Shown here: piece after piece, positions 59,593-64,000 of the stretch
Layout: each line of letters opens with the position of its first letter
Position numbering within the stretch: position 1 is the first letter of the stretch
The notes under the pieces: generated by a model
Told to the model about the DNA's origin: nothing
What the model saw: the letters and a program-made list of their open reading frames with translations, nothing else
The model's database searches: none
Program-made: the position numbers and the translations under genes
Assembly: GCA_963804645.1 (NCBI GenBank)
Contig: CAWDRG010000002.1
Location: 32,001-96,000, forward strand
DNA: 64,000 nucleotides
From: an uncultured Bacillota bacterium
GTDB lineage: Bacteria > Sysuimicrobiota > Sysuimicrobiia > Sysuimicrobiales > Segetimicrobiaceae
Reading direction: 5' to 3'

Positions 59593-61149
59593 ATGAGCCG
59601 TGACGCGGTGGCCGCCCTCGCGGCGCAGCTGTTCATGGTGGACTTTACGGGCCACGTGCCCGCGCCGGACGTCGTCCGATTGATCGAGGACGACGGGATC
59701 GGCGGCGTCATCCTCTTCGTGAAGAACATCGCATCGCCGCGGCAGGTCGCCGTCCTCACGAACAGCCTCCAGGAGATCGCCGCGGCCGCAGGGCGCCCTC
59801 CCCTCCTGATCAGCGCGGACCAGGAAGGCGGGACCGTGGTCCGGCTGCGGGAGGGCGCAACGCACTTCCCGAGTGCGATGGCGTTCGGAGCGGCGCGCAG
59901 CGAGGCGCTCGCCGCGTCGGCCGCCGGGGTCGCCGCCCGGGAACTGGCGGCCGTCGGCATCCGGATGAATCTCGCGCCCGACGTGGACGTGAACAACAAC
60001 CCCGCGAACCCGGTCATCGGCATTCGCTCGTTCGGCGAGGACCCGGCGCTCGTGGGCCGGCTCGGCGCCGCGGTGATCGGCGCCACGCAGGCCGCCGGCG
60101 TGCTCGCGACCGCGAAACACTTCCCCGGGCACGGTGATACCTCGGTCGACTCACACCTCGACCTGCCGGTCGTGCCGCATGCGCGTGCGCGGTTGGAGGC
60201 GGTCGAGCTGCCGCCGTTTCGCGAGGCCGTCCGCGCGGGGGTGGGCGCCGTGATGACCGCGCACGCGGTCTATCCCGCGTTCGACCCGGAGCGGCCCGCG
60301 ACGCTGTCCCCGGTGCTCCTCGGCCTGCTGCGCGTCCAGTGGGGATTCTCGGGGCTGATCGTCACGGACTCCATGGCGATGCGGGCGATCACGGATCGGT
60401 TTTCCGCGGGCGAGGCCGCGGTCCTGGCCATTCTCGCGGGCGCGGACGTGATCCTCGCGTGCGGCGAGCTCGCGGCCCAGCGCGACGCGCTGGACGCGGT
60501 GCGCTACGCGGTGTCGACCGGGCGCATCCCCCGCGCGCGGATCGAAGTGTCGGCCGCCCGGATTCGCGCCGCCCGGGAGCGGCTCGGGCTTTTCCGACGG
60601 GCCACGGTCGCGGTGGACCGCGTCGCCGACGATGTCGGCGTTCCGGCCCACCTGGAGGTCGCGGAGCGCGTCGCCGAGGCCGCGGTCACGCTGACGCGTC
60701 CGGCGCGCGGGGTAATTCCGCTCCCGCCGGGTCCCGTCGCGGTCGTGGGAGTGACCGACGACGCGCGCGACGCCGCCGAGCGGCTGGCGGCGGTGCTGCG
60801 CGATGTCGGCCGGGACGCCGCGGCCGCAGCTCCGGCGCGCCTCGACGGGCTGCAGGCCGGCTCGGTGGTGGTCGTGCTCGGCGGCCGGGGCGGGCGCGAG
60901 GCCGCAGACCCGCCCGCGGCCGACCTGATGCGCATCACCGTGCCGGTTGCCGCGGTGTCGGTGGGCGCACCGTACGCCCTCGCGCGGCTCCCGCACGCGG
61001 TGGCGTGTCTCGCCGTGTACGGGGACGATCCCCCGTCCCTGCGGGCCGCGGCGCGGGTGCTGATCGGAGCGCTAGAGGCCCGCGGCCGCCTGCCGGTGAC
61101 GCTCGGTGAGTCTGGCGAGACGGTCGCGGAGACGCTCGGCGAGCCGTGA
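59593..61149 (+). CDS. nagZ: beta-N-acetylhexosaminidase (GH3, two-domain)
   Basis: ADQEGG, RSFG, KHFPGHG-TSVDSH, VTDSMAM. Confidence 0.92.
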   Translation: MSRDAVAALAAQLFMVDFTGHVPAPDVVRLIEDDGIGGVILFVKNIASPRQVAVLTNSLQEIAAAAGRPPLLISADQEGGTVVRLREGATHFPSAMAFGAARSEALAASAAGVAARELAAVGIRMNLAPDVDVNNNPANPVIGIRSFGEDPALVGRLGAAVIGATQAAGVLATAKHFPGHGDTSVDSHLDLPVVPHARARLEAVELPPFREAVRAGVGAVMTAHAVYPAFDPERPATLSPVLLGLLRVQWGFSGLIVTDSMAMRAITDRFSAGEAAVLAILAGADVILACGELAAQRDALDAVRYAVSTGRIPRARIEVSAARIRAARERLGLFRRATVAVDRVADDVGVPAHLEVAERVAEAAVTLTRPARGVIPLPPGPVAVVGVTDDARDAAERLAAVLRDVGRDAAAAAPARLDGLQAGSVVVVLGGRGGREAADPPAADLMRITVPVAAVSVGAPYALARLPHAVACLAVYGDDPPSLRAAARVLIGALEARGRLPVTLGESGETVAETLGEP

Positions 61150-62295
61150 CACCCCGGGCGGCGTGAACCCGCCCCCGTGCAGCGCGCCCGCGATCGACAG
61201 CGCCTCTTCGACCGAGGCCGCGGCTCCTGAGACATCGCCCCGTCCCGCGCGGATCTTCGCGACCTCCTCGAGCAGGTGGGCCCGCAGCCGGTCGCGCCGC
61301 GTCCATGCCGCGGCCTCGGCCTCCCAGCGCGCGCGGGCGGCTGCGGGATCGCCGGCGACCCGGTACGCTCGTGCGAGGCGCCGCAGGACCCGCCACCGAT
61401 CCCCGGGATCGAGCGCCTCGCGGGCGGCCCGCTCGAAGCACTCGACCGCGAGCGCGCAGCGTCCCTCCCGGCTCAGCAGGACGCCGGTCCCCTCCCAGTC
61501 CAGCGGCACGCCGGCGGCGTGCGGGGTGCGGAGGACGCGGGCCACTTCACCGTGCAGCAGGACGAGCGCGAGCAGATCGGCGCGGTTGTGGGCGATTACC
61601 GGGTCGAGCGCCGCCCGGTCCGTGCTGCGGAGGTACTCCACGTAGATCATCGGGATCTCCCACCCCGGGACGTCGCCGTGCCGGGGTGCGCCCAGCACCT
61701 CCGCCTCGAGGATGCTCAGCCGGTGGGTCCCGAACACGCGGTGCCACAGCCGCCGCGCGGGATGGATCAAGTCCGTGTGCACCTCGAGCGTCGCGGGGCG
61801 CCGCCGCGCGAGTACGAAGCGCGCCTCGAGGATCGGCCAGTCGAATCGCTGGCCGTTGAAGGTCACGAGGCGCCGCGCCCGCTCGAGGCGCTGCGCCAGC
61901 ACGGTCAGCAGCTGCGGCTCACCGCTCAACCGCCTGAGCAGCAGCTGCTCCGTGACGAGCCGCTCCCCCTCGAGATACGCGAGCCCCACCAGAAACGCGT
62001 ACGTCCCGGTGCCCCCGGCCAGGCCCGTCGTCTCGGTATCGAGCCAGACGGTGGCCGAGAGATCCGGGGCGTCCGCGCCGCCGAGCGAGCGGAGCGCGTC
62101 GCCGAGCACGCACCGGCCGTGGCGGTGGTTCAGCGCATAGGTGGCGCGCACGACTTCCAGGCCGTCGCCCGACGCGGCCGGACGCTCGCGGAGGGCGGGC
62201 GCCGGTGCGCGGCCCACGCCCCCGGCGCCGAGGCGCCGCAGGCGGTCCCTCAGCGCGCCGGACACGGCCCCCGGCGACGGATCAGGCGGGCACAC
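61072..62295 (-). CDS. YprB/MrfB-like DEDDh exonuclease (RNase H-like) with TPR-like tail
   Basis: LDTETTGL-GGTGT, TFNGQRFDWP, HNRADL; directly downstream of the DUF1998 helicase. Confidence 0.88.
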   Translation of the reverse strand: MCPPDPSPGAVSGALRDRLRRLGAGGVGRAPAPALRERPAASGDGLEVVRATYALNHRHGRCVLGDALRSLGGADAPDLSATVWLDTETTGLAGGTGTYAFLVGLAYLEGERLVTEQLLLRRLSGEPQLLTVLAQRLERARRLVTFNGQRFDWPILEARFVLARRRPATLEVHTDLIHPARRLWHRVFGTHRLSILEAEVLGAPRHGDVPGWEIPMIYVEYLRSTDRAALDPVIAHNRADLLALVLLHGEVARVLRTPHAAGVPLDWEGTGVLLSREGRCALAVECFERAAREALDPGDRWRVLRRLARAYRVAGDPAAARARWEAEAAAWTRRDRLRAHLLEEVAKIRAGRGDVSGAAASVEEALSIAGALHGGGFTPPGVSRLAERLRDRLARLTERHRQAAAGL

Positions 62296-64000
62296 AGACG
62301 TCTCGCAGCAGGCGCAGCGTCTGCCGCTTCGCCTCCGGGCCGAGCTCCAGCACCGGGCCGACGCACGACGGACATCCCTGCTCGCACGCGCAGCCGTCGA
62401 CGAGCCGCACCGCGGCGTCCAGCAGGTCGCGGCGCAGCGCGAACAGCCGCTCCGCGTGGCCGACGCCGCCCGGGATGTGCTCGAAGAGCGTGACCGTCGG
62501 GGCGCCGGTGTGCGGCGAGCGCACCTCGACGGTGGAGCCGAGGTCCCGGGGGTCGCTCATCAGGTACAGCGGCGCGATGTTCTGAAGGGCGTGGGCCACC
62601 CCGAGCAGCGCGCCCTGCAGGGCGTCCGTGTCAAGCTCGGGCATCCGATCGCGCGGAAACACCCACCACGCCGCCGTGGTATGCAGCGTCGTTTCGGGCA
62701 GGTGGATCGACCCGAACCCCACATTCTCGTGGGTCGCGAGCCGGAGCTTCTTATAGATCGTGGGTCGGAACGTGACGACGGCCTCCCCGTGCGCCGCGCC
62801 GGCGCTCCCGACAAACTCCTCCAGGACCCGGACGTTGACCGCGATCTGCGCGTCAGTATAGTAATCGACGTCGACCTTCCGCACGTACGCCTTGCGCTCG
62901 TCCCAGTCGAGCCGGTCGACGTGATACTGCTGACCGAGGTGCATGTAGATCGCGTGCTCGTGCACGAAGGCCGGCGCCGACGGGAGGTCGATCTCGCCGA
63001 TCACGCGCGGGCGCGGCTCCGTGGTGTCGACGATCACGACGTTCTCCTGGCTCGCGCTGCGCAGGCTGATCTCCTCGGCGGGGTATGCTTCGGCGACGTA
63101 GTGCCAGGCGTCGCCGTCGTGGTGCAGCACGCGCTCTTCCTCGAGATACGCGAGGATCTCCGGGAGCGTGTTCGGACCGAACTCCTCGCCGTCGCGCACC
63201 GGCAGTTCGAACGCAGCGCACTTCACGTGGCTCGCCAGCACGAGCAGGTTGTCGGGGTTGATGCGGGCCTCCTCGACGGGCTGCTCGAACAGGTACGCCG
63301 GATGGGTCGCGATGAACTGATCCAGCGCCCCGCTGGTCGCGACCAGCACGGCGAACGACGTCCCGGCCCGCCGGCCCGCCCGGCCCATCTGCTGCCAGGT
63401 GCTCGCGATCGTGCCCGGGTAGCCAACGAGCACCGACGCGGAGAGCTGCCCGATGTCGATGCCGAGTTCCAGCGCGTTCGTCGCCGCGACCGCGCGCACG
63501 GTCCCGCTGCGCAGCCCCGCCTCGATGCGCCGCCGCTCGGTCGGGAGATAGCCCGCCCGATACCCAACGATCGCGTCGGGGTCGAGATGGTGACGCCGCC
63601 CGAGGTCGCGCAGGTATGTGGTCAAGAGCTCCGCGCGCAGGCGTGTCCGCGCGAAGTAGATCGTCTGAATGCGCCCCTTCAGCAGTTCCTCGGTGAGCCT
63701 GACCGACTCCCGGACGGCGTCGCGCCGGATGCCGAGTTCCTGATTGACGACCGGCGGGTTGTACACCGCGATCGTTCGCTCGCCGGTCGGCGCGCCGCTC
63801 TCGTCGATCACGGTCACGGGCCGGCCGATAAGGCGCGCGGCGTGCTCTCCGGGATTGCCGATCGTGGCCGAACAGCAAATGAACTGCGGGGTGCTGCCGT
63901 AGAACCGGCAGATGCGGAGCAGGCGGCGCAGCACATTCGCCAAATGAGAGCCGAATACGCCCCGGTAGTGGTGCAGTTCGTCCAGCACGATGTACTGGAG
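62282..64000 (-). CDS. YprA/MrfA-like DExH helicase with DUF1998 domain (5' truncated by window edge)
   Basis: DELHHYRGVFGSH, SATIGNP, TNALELGIDIG, QQMGRAGRR, CACEQGCPSC. Confidence 0.93.
   Translation of the reverse strand, partial: LQYIVLDELHHYRGVFGSHLANVLRRLLRICRFYGSTPQFICCSATIGNPGEHAARLIGRPVTVIDESGAPTGERTIAVYNPPVVNQELGIRRDAVRESVRLTEELLKGRIQTIYFARTRLRAELLTTYLRDLGRRHHLDPDAIVGYRAGYLPTERRRIEAGLRSGTVRAVAATNALELGIDIGQLSASVLVGYPGTIASTWQQMGRAGRRAGTSFAVLVATSGALDQFIATHPAYLFEQPVEEARINPDNLLVLASHVKCAAFELPVRDGEEFGPNTLPEILAYLEEERVLHHDGDAWHYVAEAYPAEEISLRSASQENVVIVDTTEPRPRVIGEIDLPSAPAFVHEHAIYMHLGQQYHVDRLDWDERKAYVRKVDVDYYTDAQIAVNVRVLEEFVGSAGAAHGEAVVTFRPTIYKKLRLATHENVGFGSIHLPETTLHTTAAWWVFPRDRMPELDTDALQGALLGVAHALQNIAPLYLMSDPRDLGSTVEVRSPHTGAPTVTLFEHIPGGVGHAERLFALRRDLLDAAVRLVDGCACEQGCPSCVGPVLELGPEAKRQTLRLLRDVCVPA

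Noticed and set aside
61072..64000. DUF1998 helicase + nuclease as a novel anti-phage system (DISARM/Druantia-like)
   Set aside because: Architecture matches the known YprA/YprB (MrfAB) DNA-repair pair; no methylase, PLD nuclease or other defence partners on the visible side

Overview
GC-rich (about 70% by eye) bacterial chromosomal segment, densely coding, with roughly 60 genes. It is dominated by scavenging and catabolic functions: two carbohydrate ABC clusters, a peptide ABC/M24/GGT cluster, a lone Tat-exported peptide-binding protein, paaABCD, a two-subunit molybdo-hydroxylase, M20 hydrolases and NagZ. It also carries DUF1800/DUF1501, a VapBC module, and DNA-repair genes (Atl, MrfAB-type). 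I found no rRNA, tRNA, CRISPR array or intact mobile element. At least 9 otherwise intact genes carry single-base frameshifts, most densely at 42-49 kb; these are most likely long-read assembly errors. Several lower-GC intergenic patches contain gene remnants. The most intriguing locus is 38.9-41.3 kb. There an ankyrin-repeat gene with a small N-terminal helical domain follows a consensus sigma70 promoter and a ~125-nt multi-stem leader that can sequester its own SD and start codon. It is divergent from a small orphan protein whose C-terminus resembles T3SS-needle/flagellar axial proteins. Other candidates are an ABC + DUF4127 + tandem-GNAT operon (possible amino-sugar/peptidoglycan recycling) and a DUF4392/DUF1028/atypical-GGT/M24/peptide-ABC cluster. 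All family calls come from motif recognition by eye; no searches were run.
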